From a virus (lineage: Duplodnaviria; Heunggongvirae; Uroviricota; Caudoviricetes): a stretch of DNA of 33,534 nucleotides. The translations under genes and the position numbers were made by a program. This document shows positions 19,877-29,378 of this stretch, piece after piece (within the stretch, counting starts at the first letter, position 1; the number at the start of each line of letters is the position of its first letter). Below the pieces are notes generated by a model. It worked only from the letters and a program-made list of their open reading frames with translations. It was not told the origin of the DNA and did not search any database. The DNA is taken from the IMG/VR virus record IMGVR_UViG_2558860170_000005; one strand, written 5' to 3'.

Positions 19877-20115
19877 GAATCAACCGCTCCTATGCTGTTT
19901 TCGCTATGCTTACCGTCTGGGGGGAATACATCGTCAAGTCCACAATGAGCGCCAAGCCGATTAAGGGTAGAAACAATTTTTCTGCACTCCTCTAGTCCAG
20001 GGGTACGAAAATTTGCTTCGTAATTTGCCAGTCGGCTTTGTATCCACCCTAACTGAACAGCAAGTTGTCTTTGAGACAGCCCAAGCTGTTTTCGATATGT
20101 TGAAATTTTGTTCAT
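19873..20115 (-). CDS. Cro-like HTH regulator (YdaS-like)
   Basis: 80-aa ORF with HTH (…LGLSQRQLAVQLGWIQSRLANYE…), divergent from the cI-like gene; GGAGG 8 nt upstream of ATG. Confidence 0.6.
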   Translation of the reverse strand: MNKISTYRKQLGLSQRQLAVQLGWIQSRLANYEANFRTPGLEECRKIVSTLNRLGAHCGLDDVFPPDGKHSENSIGAVDS

Positions 20116-20139
20116 TGAAAACCTCCGATGACAATTTTA

Positions 20140-20154
20140 AACACACCTTGTGTT
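20140..20154. promoter_or_regulatory. Operator palindrome AACAC-N5-GTGTT (OR-type)
   Basis: AACACACCTTGTGTT, 25-39 bp upstream of the cro-like start; same half-sites recur at 20715-20729. Confidence 0.55.
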
Positions 20155-20185
20155 ATATAGCCAAGCTGTTTTGTGTTTTATGTAA

Positions 20186-20200
20186 ATCACGATTCGTGAT
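20186..20200. promoter_or_regulatory. Operator-like palindrome ATCAC-N5-GTGAT
   Basis: ATCACGATTCGTGAT, perfect 15-bp palindrome just upstream of the cI-like start. Confidence 0.45.
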
Positions 20201-20211
20201 ACAAGGATGCA

Positions 20212-20631
20212 ATGGAAAAAGAAAACGAAAAAATTGCCGCTAGTAGGCTCAATGACAAAATTGCAATGCGTCTTAAAGAGCGCAGGCAGAAGCTTGGTTT
20301 ATCTCAAGGAAAACTTGCTGAAATCTGCGGATGGACGCAATCGCGTATAGGTAACTATGAGGCGGGCAGCAGAAATGTTGGAGTACATGACGCTGTCGTA
20401 TTGGGAAAGGCACTTGGCATATCTCCTCCTGAGCTCCTCTTTGGAGAACAGGAATCTTCTGAATTGTGGTTAAATGAATCCCAACGAAAACTTCTTGAGT
20501 TGTTTAACCAGCTACCGGGCTCAGAACAACAACGAATGATTGAGCTATTTGAAGTCCGGCTAAAAGAAATCGATGAGTATGTAGAAAAATATTTGAGAGG
20601 CAGGATTAAAGATAATCCCCCACCGGAATAA
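20212..20631 (+). CDS. CI-like repressor (XRE-family HTH)
   Basis: 139-aa ORF with N-terminal HTH (…LGLSQGKLAEICGWTQSRIGNYE…), divergent from the cro-like gene and followed by a terminator. Confidence 0.6.
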   Translation: MEKENEKIAASRLNDKIAMRLKERRQKLGLSQGKLAEICGWTQSRIGNYEAGSRNVGVHDAVVLGKALGISPPELLFGEQESSELWLNESQRKLLELFNQLPGSEQQRMIELFEVRLKEIDEYVEKYLRGRIKDNPPPE

Positions 20632-20661
20632 TGATCTTGCTATCACAGTAATATGCCAATC

Positions 20662-20686
20662 AGCCCGCTATCAGCGGGCTTTTTTG
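20662..20686 (+). terminator. Intrinsic terminator after the repressor gene
   Basis: AGCCCGC-tatca-GCGGGCT followed by TTTTTTG. Confidence 0.65.
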
Positions 20687-20714
20687 TAGCATCATCATAT
20701 GACACTCACCATAA

Positions 20715-20756
20715 AACACATTGCGTGTTGACACAAGAAAACAAATTGTGTTTAAT
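20715..20756 (+). promoter_or_regulatory. PL-like early promoter with overlapping operator
   Basis: -35 TTGACA (20728-20733), 17-bp spacer, -10 TTTAAT (20751-20756); palindrome AACACATTGCGTGTT (20715-20729) overlaps the -35. Confidence 0.5.
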
Positions 20757-20936
20757 AAGCATATCCAAACAACGCCCCACCAGAGAACGGCAGGACAATA
20801 CCTCGAGTTATCCAGTCACTGAACAGGGCTAAGTAGCCAGCCTGAGGCATACGAACATGACGGCAGTTGTTGATTGATACAAAGCGCAGTAGATAAAACG
20901 TTCCGCCACCCGGCGTTAAGGGGAAATGGGGTCAAC

Positions 20937-21092
20937 ATGAATACTATCGATCTTGGCAACAACGAATCTCTGGTATGTGGCGTGTTTCCCAATCAAGACG
21001 GCACATTCACCGCCATGACGTATACCAAAAGCAAAACGTTTAAAACCGAAGCTGGCGCACGTCGTTGGTTGGGAAGACATTCAGGTGAGTAA
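20937..21092 (+). CDS. DUF1391-type small phage protein (YdaF-like)
   Basis: 51-aa MNTIDLGNNESLVCGVFPNQDGTFTAMTYTK…; first gene after the PL-like promoter. Confidence 0.5.
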   Translation: MNTIDLGNNESLVCGVFPNQDGTFTAMTYTKSKTFKTEAGARRWLGRHSGE

Positions 21093-21126
21093 AATGAACG
21101 AGACAGAATTAAAACACGTTATCGCT

Positions 21127-22288
21127 CTACTCCTAAATAGCTGCGCGGAATAGTAGATCACTTTGAGGGAACTTAGCCCGGATTGTGCGATCTGATCAAT
21201 CGCCAAATCAAAACAAATCACCAACCGGACTGAGCAATGCCGATCATAGCACCAATTTCCCGTGACGAACGACGCCTGATGCAGAAAGCCATCCATAAAA
21301 CACACGATAAAAATTATGCCCGCAGACTGACTGCCATGCTGATGCTGCACCGGGGCGACCGTGTCAGCGACGTTGCCAGAACGCTCTGCTGCGCCCGTTC
21401 CTCTGTTGGACGCTGGATTAACTGGTTCACGCAGTCGGGTGTTGAGGGACTGAAATCATTACCTGCCGGGCGTGCCCGTCGCTGGCCGTTTGAGCATATC
21501 TGCACACTGTTACGTGAGCTGGTAAAACATTCTCCCGGCGACTTTGGCTACCAGCGTTCACGCTGGAGTACAGAACTGCTGGCAATAAAAATCAATGAGA
21601 TAACCGGTTGCCAGTTAAATGCCGGAACCGTTCGCCGCTGGTTGCCGTCTGCGGGGATTGTGTGGCGAAGGGCTGCGCCAACTCTGCGTATCCGTGACCC
21701 GCATAAAGATGAAAAGATGGCAGCAATCCATAAAGCACTGGACGAATGCAGCGCAGAGCATCCGGTCTTTTATGAAGATGAAGTGGATATCCATCTTAAT
21801 CCCAAAATCGGTGCGGACTGGCAACTGCGCGGACAGCAAAAACGGGTGGTCACGCCGGGACAGAATGAAAAATATTATCTGGCCGGAGCGCTGCACAGCG
21901 GGACAGGTAAAGTCAGCTGTGTGGGCGGCAACAGCAAAAGTTCGGCGCTGTTCATCAGCCTGCTGAAGCGGCTTAAAGCGACATACCGTCGGGCGAAAAC
22001 CATCACGCTGATCGTGGACAACTACATTATCCACAAAAGCCGGGAAACACAGAGCTGGCTGAAGGAGAACCCGAAGTTCAGGGTCATTTATCAGCCGGTT
22101 TACTCGCCATGGGTGAATCATGTTGAACGGCTATGGCAGGCACTTCACGACACAATAACGCGTAATCATCAGTGCAGCTCAATGTGGCAACTGTTGAAAA
22201 AAGTTCGCCATTTTATGGAAACCGTCAGCCCATTCCCCGGAGGCAAACATGGGCTGGCAAAAGTGTAGCGGTATTAAGCGCAGCTATT
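21127..22288 (+). mobile_element. IS630 (Tc1/mariner-like), inserted at CTAG with TA duplication
   Basis: Terminal inverted repeat AATAGCTGCGC…; flanks …CTCC-TA | IS | TA-GAAG rebuild a CTAG target; 343-aa transposase. Confidence 0.85.
21237..22268 (+). CDS. IS630 transposase
   Basis: 343-aa MPIIAPISRDERRLMQKAIHKTHDKNYARRL… recognised as IS630 transposase. Confidence 0.9.
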   Translation: MPIIAPISRDERRLMQKAIHKTHDKNYARRLTAMLMLHRGDRVSDVARTLCCARSSVGRWINWFTQSGVEGLKSLPAGRARRWPFEHICTLLRELVKHSPGDFGYQRSRWSTELLAIKINEITGCQLNAGTVRRWLPSAGIVWRRAAPTLRIRDPHKDEKMAAIHKALDECSAEHPVFYEDEVDIHLNPKIGADWQLRGQQKRVVTPGQNEKYYLAGALHSGTGKVSCVGGNSKSSALFISLLKRLKATYRRAKTITLIVDNYIIHKSRETQSWLKENPKFRVIYQPVYSPWVNHVERLWQALHDTITRNHQCSSMWQLLKKVRHFMETVSPFPGGKHGLAKV

Positions 22289-22428
22289 TAGAAGATGCAA
22301 AACGCCTCCAGCAACTGGAGCCAAATGCAGGCACTGGGGCACGCATCTGGCTGGCTAAAGAAGCGCTGGAATCTGGCGATTATGATAGCGAAGAAGCCTT
22401 CTACAAAGCAGAAGGCCGTACAGGATAT

Positions 22429-22725
22429 TCACCGGGTCTTGGCGGGGTATAAATACCATGCGCATTGACTGAATTCGCAAACAAAAACAGACGCGCGATA
22501 CCTGGATAGTCGGTCTGCATAGTCAGATATCTGGCTGCGAATTTGATAAATATCACCGCCCTTTTCGGAAACATAAGTTCCGTCCGGGAGTTGATTATAC
22601 GAACCATCTCCATGGGGGATCGTTCTCCTGAATCCTAGTGAGAGCATATATTTATGAAGCCCTTCGTAATCCTCTGGCTCAGCATTATATAGTTCTACTC
22701 TGGCGAGATACGTTGGCATATTCAT
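22429..22725 (-). CDS. Hypothetical 98-aa protein, opposite to the surrounding early-left genes (moron candidate)
   Basis: ATG preceded by TAAGGAA; convergent with and overlapping the 3' end of the IS630-split gene; no motif recognised. Confidence 0.4.
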   Translation of the reverse strand: MNMPTYLARVELYNAEPEDYEGLHKYMLSLGFRRTIPHGDGSYNQLPDGTYVSEKGGDIYQIRSQISDYADRLSRYRASVFVCEFSQCAWYLYPAKTR

Positions 22726-23226
22726 TTCCTTACTGGTTGTGTGAGAACTTCAGTAAAGATACCACCAAAGCCCGGAGGTGGTGAAATAAAACCGGGCACA
22801 ACACGAAGGCGCATTTCCGGTATCCATAAAGAGTCGGTCTTGTCTGTTAAATTTAAATGGTGGGAGTGCGCCTCCGGTTGTAAATAACGACATTGCTGTG
22901 TGAAGTACCAGTTGGCGGCATCGGTTTAATTGCTGGCTGATGTCCGCCCTTTTTAAAGTGAATTTTGTGATGCGGTGAATGCGGCTCAGCGCACGCGGAA
23001 CAGTTAAAACAGTAAGGAAAATCCCTTATTCCGGCGTTAATTGTTAACTGGTTAACGTCACCTGGAGGCACCAGGCACCGCATCAACAAAGTTCACTTCG
23101 GTGATGAAAGGAAAGAGAAAATGTTGAATGTAGCTATTGAAAACCAGAACGGGTGGAATTATAGTGCACCTGCACCTCATAAAACGGGTGCCGGGATTGC
23201 TACCCCGAAGTCATTCACGGCGCATA

Positions 23227-23248
23227 ACCGCGCTCAGGCGGTTTTTTT
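23227..23248 (+). terminator. Putative intrinsic terminator / attenuator upstream of Rha
   Basis: ACCGC-gctcag-GCGGT followed by TTTTTTT. Confidence 0.5.
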
Positions 23249-23414
23249 ATGCGTAATGCACAGCCACATTCAAATTATGGTGGGGCGTGCGGGGCAGTCG
23301 CAAGACTGGCCGGGTTCCGTGATGACCGGTTGTAGCAACCCTGTACGTCTCACCACCCATGAGATTGCTACCTCCGGTGGTGAGTTAATCAAATTCATCG
23401 CGGAGGCTGCCATC

Positions 23415-23966
23415 ATGGCTACTACCCTTTCTCACCCTTGTGTAACCGTAGAAAACGGTCGCGCTGTCACTACGTCTGTTGCGGTTGCAGAGTTCTTCCA
23501 CAAACGACACGACAATGTGTTACGTGCCATCGCAAATATTGAATGCTCAGATAAATTTACTGCCCTCAATTTTGAAGCGAGCGAATACACCGACTCAATC
23601 GGGCGCAAACTCCCAATGTACCAAATCACCAAAAACGGCTTCGTTTTCCTGGTTATGGGCTTCACTGGCAAAAAAGCCGCTGCATTCAAAGAAGCCTACA
23701 TTGCTGAGTTCGACCGCATGGAGGCCGAACTGCGCCAGAATAACACCCCACCTGCTGACAAGATGATTCCGGGTGATGGTCGCACTCTGGTTGTTCACTT
23801 CGACAAATTCGGCAATGTCGAATTCACCGAAACCGTTCCTGATGGCGCACTGGTCTGTACCCTGGAGACTTTCCGGTTTTATCTGGAAAAACAGGGATGG
23901 ACTCTTGTTAACCGGGGCGCAATTAAAAATATGACTGTGGAACAATTACTCAAAATTCATTGTTGA
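23415..23966 (+). CDS. rha: Rha-family phage regulatory protein
   Basis: N-terminal …TTSVAVAEFFHKRHDNVLRAIANI… Rha signature; ATG at 23415 with GGAGG 8 nt upstream. The upstream open frame from 23121 is probably leader. Confidence 0.7.
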   Translation: MATTLSHPCVTVENGRAVTTSVAVAEFFHKRHDNVLRAIANIECSDKFTALNFEASEYTDSIGRKLPMYQITKNGFVFLVMGFTGKKAAAFKEAYIAEFDRMEAELRQNNTPPADKMIPGDGRTLVVHFDKFGNVEFTETVPDGALVCTLETFRFYLEKQGWTLVNRGAIKNMTVEQLLKIHC

Positions 23967-23976
23967 GGACGCAATA

Positions 23977-24165
23977 ATGGAGACGTTATTACCAAACGTT
24001 AATACGTCTGAAGGTTGTTTTGAAATTGGTGTCACTATCAGTAACCCTGTATTTACTGAAGATGCCATTAACAAGAGAAAACACGAACGGGAGCTATTAA
24101 ATAAAATATGCATTGTTTCAATGCTGGCTCGTTTACGTCTGATGCCAAAAGGATGTGCACAATGA
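23977..24165 (+). CDS. Hypothetical small phage protein
   Basis: 62-aa ORF with GAGGA upstream; stop overlaps the next start (ATGA). Confidence 0.35.
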   Translation: METLLPNVNTSEGCFEIGVTISNPVFTEDAINKRKHERELLNKICIVSMLARLRLMPKGCAQ

Positions 24166-24353
24166 ATACAGTATTTGCACTCGTTCTGACGGTTTTTCTT
24201 GTTTCCGGTGAACCGGTTGACATGGTTACTGGCGTATACAGCTCAATGAAAGAATGTATGACTGCCGCAGCGAAACAGAAAATTCCCGGTGACTGTTATC
24301 CGGTCGATAAAGTTATTCACCATGATAATAACGAAATCCCGGCAGGTCTTTAA
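24162..24353 (+). CDS. Small protein with N-terminal signal-peptide-like segment
   Basis: MNTVFALVLTVFLVSGEP… hydrophobic N-terminus; translationally coupled to the upstream ORF. Confidence 0.4.
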   Translation: MNTVFALVLTVFLVSGEPVDMVTGVYSSMKECMTAAAKQKIPGDCYPVDKVIHHDNNEIPAGL

Positions 24354-24437
24354 AACAGTTCCGTAATAAATATCCGGTTTCATTCTTATATGCCAGCAAT
24401 GGCAGGGGTTCGCTCAACCTTAATTAAGGAGAAAAAC

Positions 24438-24713
24438 ATGATTACCAGTTATGAAGCCACTGTTGTAACTACTGATGACATTGTTCACGAGGTTAATCTG
24501 GAAGGAAAGCGTATTGGCTACGTGATTAAGACAGAAAATAAAGAAACCCCATTCACTGTGGTTGATATCGACGGTCCATCAGGCAACGTTAAAACACTTA
24601 ACGATGGTGTAAAAAAAATGTGTCTGGTGCACATAGGAAAGAATCTGCCCGCAGAAAAAAAAGCCGAATTTCTGGCAACTCTGATTGCAATGAAATTAAA
24701 AGGTGAAATCTGA
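24438..24713 (+). CDS. Hypothetical 91-aa protein (RacC-like by size and position)
   Basis: ATG at 24438 with AAGGAG 6 nt upstream; directly precedes the recE-like gene. Confidence 0.4.
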   Translation: MITSYEATVVTTDDIVHEVNLEGKRIGYVIKTENKETPFTVVDIDGPSGNVKTLNDGVKKMCLVHIGKNLPAEKKAEFLATLIAMKLKGEI

Positions 24714-24908
24714 AAAAAAGAAAGCCTGCACACTGTGCAGGCCTGAGTGAAGAACCTGGGACATTTATTCATCACTCGCAGTAATTTTAATCTGAGTTGA
24801 GGTTAAAAAACAATGAGCACCGATAAACAAGTTTACCCACTGTATGAGGTAGCCTGAGTTTAACGGACACTCCTTCCTGAAATAGAATGGCATCAGAAGG
24901 AGCTAATA

Positions 24909-25211
24909 ATGAGCAGAAAAACCCAACGTTACTCTAAAGAGTTCAAAGCCGAAGCTGTCAGAACGGTTCCTGAAAATCAACTTTCGATCAGTGAAGGCGC
25001 TTCCCGATTATCTCTTCCTGAAGGCACTTTAGGACAATGGGTTACCGCCGCCAGAAAAGGGCTCGGTACTCCTGGTTCCCGCACGGTGGCTGAACTGGAA
25101 TCTGAAATTCTGCAACTGCGTAAGGCGTTAAATGAAGCTCGCCTTGAGCGAGATATATTAAAAAAAGCAACAGCGTATTTTGCACAGGAGTCGCTGAAAA
25201 ATACGCGTTAA
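24909..25211 (+). CDS. IS600 OrfA
   Basis: Same as other copies. Confidence 0.95.
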   Translation: MSRKTQRYSKEFKAEAVRTVPENQLSISEGASRLSLPEGTLGQWVTAARKGLGTPGSRTVAELESEILQLRKALNEARLERDILKKATAYFAQESLKNTR

Positions 25212-25246
25212 TCGAACAATGGCGACAACAATTTCCCATTGAAGCG

Positions 25247-26065
25247 ATGTGTCAGGTATTTGGTGTATCCAGGAGCGGTTATTACAACTGGGTACAGCAT
25301 GAACCCTCAGACAGAAAACAAAGTGATGAGCGGCTAAAACTGGAGATTAAGGTGGCACATATCCGCACTCGCGAAACATATGGAACCCGGCGGCTCCAGA
25401 CGGAGCTGGCAGAGAATGGCATCATCGTTGGTCGTGACCGACTGGCACGTCTTCGTAAGGAGCTAAGGCTACGCTGTAAGCAGAAACGCAAGTTCAGAGC
25501 GACTACGAACTCGAACCACAATCTGCCAGTTGCGCCAAATCTGCTGAACCAGACGTTCGCTCCTACAGCACCAAATCAGGTCTGGGTGGCGGACCTGACG
25601 TATGTTGCCACACAGGAGGGATGGTTGTACCTCGCTGGCATCAAAGATGTTTATACGTGCGAAATTGTCGGCTACGCCATGGGAGAGCGCATGACAAAAG
25701 AGCTGACAGGTAAAGCCCTGTTTATGGCGCTCAGGAGCCAGCGCCCACCTGCCGGGCTAATCCACCACTCTGATCGAGGTTCACAGTACTGCGCATACGA
25801 TTACCGGGTCATACAGGAGCAGTCTGGTCTGAAAACATCAATGTCGCGTAAAGGTAACTGTTACGACAACGCTCCGATGGAAAGCTTCTGGGGAACGCTG
25901 AAAAATGAGAGCCTGAGCCACTATCGTTTTAATAACCGGGATGAAGCCATCTCAGTAATACGGGAATACATTGAGATTTTCTACAATCGTCAGCGTCGTC
26001 ACTCTCGTCTGGGGAATATATCCCCGGCAGCCTTCAGGGAAAAATATCATCAGATGGCTGCTTAA
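25247..26065 (+). CDS. IS600 OrfB
   Basis: Same as other copies. Confidence 0.95.
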   Translation: MCQVFGVSRSGYYNWVQHEPSDRKQSDERLKLEIKVAHIRTRETYGTRRLQTELAENGIIVGRDRLARLRKELRLRCKQKRKFRATTNSNHNLPVAPNLLNQTFAPTAPNQVWVADLTYVATQEGWLYLAGIKDVYTCEIVGYAMGERMTKELTGKALFMALRSQRPPAGLIHHSDRGSQYCAYDYRVIQEQSGLKTSMSRKGNCYDNAPMESFWGTLKNESLSHYRFNNRDEAISVIREYIEIFYNRQRRHSRLGNISPAAFREKYHQMAA

Positions 26066-27693
26066 AAAAAGAACAAATGGTAGTGTCCGCTATTGCCAGT
26101 ACACCTCAGTATTACGAAGCAAAAAATGACAAAGTAAGAAAACGCCTCGGTATTAAAGGCGGTTTTTACTGGGCTGAAGCGAAAAAATTATCCATTGCCA
26201 TCTCCCGTGGTGCTGTTGCGATTGACGATGCTGGCTACGATGAAGATGACTTTAAAAAACCTGTTCGCGTCAATTTGCCCGTTGTTGGTGACCTCCCACC
26301 AGAAGGCGTGTTTGATACGGAATTCTGCAACCGTTACGAAAAAGGCGGGGAAGATGGCATCACAATGGTATTTATCGCATCTTCTCCCTCTGTTCAGGAC
26401 AAACCAGCCAGCACTGACAATACCAACGTCAACGGCGAAGACATGACAGAAATTGAGGAGAACATGCTCCTGCCAGTTTCCGGTCAGGAACTGCCCATTC
26501 GCTGGCTTGCTCAACACGGCAGCGAAAAACCGGTAACGCACGTTTCACGCGACGGACTCCAGGCATTACACATTGCTCGGGCTGAAGAACTACCGGCTGT
26601 TACTGCCCTGGCTGTTTCCCACAAAACCAGCCTGCTCGACCCGCTGGAAATTCGCGATCTCCACAAACTGGTTCGTGACACTGACAAAGTTTTCCCTAAT
26701 CCTGGTAATTCAAGCCTGGGACTGATAACTGCTTTTTTCGAAGCATACCTGAACGCTGACTACACCGATCGAGGACTGCTGACAAAAGAGTGGATGAAGG
26801 GTAATCGTGTTTCACACATCACTCGCACGGCTTCCGGTGCTAATGCTGGCGGCGGAAACCTCACCGATCGCGGCGAAGGTTTCGTACACGATCTGACGTC
26901 ACTGGCGCGCGACGTAGCCACTGGCGTACTGGCCCGTTCAATGGATCTGGACATCTATAACCTTCATCCGGCACACGCTAAACGCATTGAGGAAATTATC
27001 GCTGAAAATAAACCGCCCTTTTCTGTTTTCCGCGACAAATTCATCACCATGCCTGGCGGGCTGGATTATTCCCGCGCCATCGTGGTTGCGTCCGTAAAAG
27101 AAGCACCAATTGGGATCGAGGTCATCCCCGCGCACGTCACTGAATATCTGAACAAGGTACTGACTGAAACCGATCATGCCAACCCTGATCCGGAAATCGT
27201 GGATATTGCCTGCGGTCGCTCCTCTGCCCCGATGCCGCAGCGTGTAACAGAAGAAGGAAAACAGGATGATGAAGAAAAACCGCAACCATCTTGCGCAATG
27301 GCAGATGAACAGGCAACGGCTGAAACAGTGGAACCGGATGCAACTGAACATCATCAGGACACGCAGCCGCTGGATGCTCAGTCACAGGTAAATGCTGTTG
27401 ATGCGAAATATCAGAAACTGCGGACAGAACTCCATGAAGCCCGGAAAAACATTCCGCCCAAAAATCCTGTCGATGCAGACAAATTACTGGCTGCCTCTCG
27501 CGGAGAATTTGTTGAAGGGATTAGCGACCCGAATGATTCGAAATGGATTCCCGGTCATCATATCTCCTCAAATGAAGTCAAAAAAACGGAAAATAAAGTG
27601 CGACAGACTGAAGATAAACAGCACCAGAACAGCGAACCGGAGGAGCGAACTGAGGTGTACTGGCAATAGCGGACACTACCATTTGTTCTTTTT

Positions 27694-28512
27694 TTAAGCA
27701 GCCATCTGATGATATTTTTCCCTGAAGGCTGCCGGGGAGATATTCCCCAGACGAGAGTGACGACGCTGACGATTGTAGAAAATCTCAATGTATTCCCGTA
27801 TTACTGAGATGGCTTCATCCCGGTTATTAAAACGATAGTGGCTCAGGCTCTCATTTTTCAGCGTTCCCCAGAAGCTTTCCATCGGAGCGTTGTCGTAACA
27901 GTTACCTTTACGCGACATTGATGTTTTCAGACCAGACTGCTCCTGTATGACCCGGTAATCGTATGCGCAGTACTGTGAACCTCGATCAGAGTGGTGGATT
28001 AGCCCGGCAGGTGGGCGCTGGCTCCTGAGCGCCATAAACAGGGCTTTACCTGTCAGCTCTTTTGTCATGCGCTCTCCCATGGCGTAGCCGACAATTTCGC
28101 ACGTATAAACATCTTTGATGCCAGCGAGGTACAACCATCCCTCCTGTGTGGCAACATACGTCAGGTCCGCCACCCAGACCTGATTTGGTGCTGTAGGAGC
28201 GAACGTCTGGTTCAGCAGATTTGGCGCAACTGGCAGATTGTGGTTCGAGTTCGTAGTCGCTCTGAACTTGCGTTTCTGCTTACAGCGTAGCCTTAGCTCC
28301 TTACGAAGACGTGCCAGTCGGTCACGACCAACGATGATGCCATTCTCTGCCAGCTCCGTCTGGAGCCGCCGGGTTCCATATGTTTCGCGAGTGCGGATAT
28401 GTGCCACCTTAATCTCCAGTTTTAGCCGCTCATCACTTTGTTTTCTGTCTGAGGGTTCATGCTGTACCCAGTTGTAATAACCGCTCCTGGATACACCAAA
28501 TACCTGACACAT
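27694..28512 (-). CDS. IS600 OrfB
   Basis: Same as other copies. Confidence 0.95.
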   Translation of the reverse strand: MCQVFGVSRSGYYNWVQHEPSDRKQSDERLKLEIKVAHIRTRETYGTRRLQTELAENGIIVGRDRLARLRKELRLRCKQKRKFRATTNSNHNLPVAPNLLNQTFAPTAPNQVWVADLTYVATQEGWLYLAGIKDVYTCEIVGYAMGERMTKELTGKALFMALRSQRPPAGLIHHSDRGSQYCAYDYRVIQEQSGLKTSMSRKGNCYDNAPMESFWGTLKNESLSHYRFNNRDEAISVIREYIEIFYNRQRRHSRLGNISPAAFREKYHQMAA

Positions 28513-28547
28513 CGCTTCAATGGGAAATTGTTGTCGCCATTGTTCGA

Positions 28548-28850
28548 TTAACGCGTATTTTTCAGCGACTCCTGTGCAAAATACGCTGTTGCTTTTTTTA
28601 ATATATCTCGCTCAAGGCGAGCTTCATTTAACGCCTTACGCAGTTGCAGAATTTCAGATTCCAGTTCAGCCACCGTGCGGGAACCAGGAGTACCGAGCCC
28701 TTTTCTGGCGGCGGTAACCCATTGTCCTAAAGTGCCTTCAGGAAGAGATAATCGGGAAGCGCCTTCACTGATCGAAAGTTGATTTTCAGGAACCGTTCTG
28801 ACAGCTTCGGCTTTGAACTCTTTAGAGTAACGTTGGGTTTTTCTGCTCAT
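28548..28850 (-). CDS. IS600 OrfA
   Basis: Same as other copies. Confidence 0.95.
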   Translation of the reverse strand: MSRKTQRYSKEFKAEAVRTVPENQLSISEGASRLSLPEGTLGQWVTAARKGLGTPGSRTVAELESEILQLRKALNEARLERDILKKATAYFAQESLKNTR

Positions 28851-28914
28851 TATTAGCTCCTTCTGATGCCATTCTATTTCAGGAAGGAGTGTCCGTTAAA
28901 CTCAGGCTACCTCA

Positions 28915-29099
28915 ATAATGAAACTGGCGAAGATGAACTCAACTGGAAAAAACAGGTGTTGATTGCGGCGGTTTACGGTTTATGTGCGAATCCTGCGTGC
29001 ATAGCCTATGCGCCTGCAATCCCTGACATCGCAATGATGATTGCCAACAAGCTTGAAAATTTTGGAGTGACCAGTGATGAGCGCTTACCCGATTTTTGA
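28915..29099 (+). pseudogene. 3' fragment of an unknown early gene truncated by IS600 copy 5
   Basis: Open frame …[60 protein letters not shown] with no own start downstream of the IS end; overlaps the gam start. Confidence 0.35.
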
Positions 29100-29373
29100 T
29101 CGTATTGAAGAAATGGCATGGGCTCGCCACTACCAGCAGATCGTTCGTGAAGAAAAAGAAACGGAACTGGCGGACGACCTGGAAAAAGGTCTGCCTCAGC
29201 ACCTGTTTGAATCGCTCTGCATCGACCATTTGCAACGCCACGGTGCCAATAAACAGGCAATCAGCCACGCATTTGATGATGATGTTGAGTTTCAGGAGCG
29301 CATGGCAGAACACATCCGGTACATGGCTGAAACCATTGCCCACCACCAGGTTGATATTGATTTGGAGGACTAA
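29077..29373 (+). CDS. gam: Gam (RecBCD inhibitor), short form
   Basis: …[81 protein letters not shown]… closely matches lambda Gam as I recall it. Confidence 0.85.
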   Translation: MSAYPIFDRIEEMAWARHYQQIVREEKETELADDLEKGLPQHLFESLCIDHLQRHGANKQAISHAFDDDVEFQERMAEHIRYMAETIAHHQVDIDLED

Positions 29374-29378
29374 AATCT

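Larger units (their letters stand above)
21094..22452 (+). pseudogene. Small early gene split by IS630
   Basis: ATG at 21094; after excising IS630 and one TA the frame reads MNETELKHVIALLLEDAKRLQQLEPNAGTGARIW… to the stop at 22450-22452. Confidence 0.5.
24845..26108 (+). mobile_element. IS600 copy 4, simple insertion
   Basis: IS600 termini; 3-bp direct repeat GTA at 24842-24844 and 26109-26111. Confidence 0.95.
24813..27650 (+). pseudogene. RecE-like (exonuclease VIII-type) gene: 5' end split by IS600 copy 4, 3' part removed at IS600 copy 5
   Basis: ATG 24813 (MSTDKQVYPL) continues in-frame after IS600 plus one GTA copy as …[18 protein letters not shown]…; 514 open codons with an acidic linker end at the IS600 copy 5 terminus. 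The RecE call is from memory plus synteny. Confidence 0.45.
27651..28914 (-). mobile_element. IS600 copy 5, rearrangement junction
   Basis: IS600 termini; flanks AAC vs ATA do not match. Confidence 0.95.

Noticed and set aside
20081-20175. Direct repeat CCAAGCTGTTTT at 20081 and 20161 as a regulatory element
   Set aside because: One copy lies inside the cro-like coding region and the repeat is only 12-13 bp; it may be coincidental, so it is not called as a feature.
26077-27669. 530-aa ORF taken at face value as a complete gene
   Set aside because: Its first 11 codons ([11 protein letters not shown]) and last codons (EVYWQ) are encoded by IS600 termini; the real gene starts at 24813 and is IS-truncated.
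24813-29099. Idea that IS600 copies 4 and 5 plus the segment between them form one composite insertion into a small gene (24813 start joining 28915 in-frame)
   Set aside because: Copy 4 alone has a perfect GTA duplication and the 24813 frame rejoins exactly at 26112, so copy 4 is an independent insertion into the recE-like gene; the apparent frame match to 28915 is coincidental.
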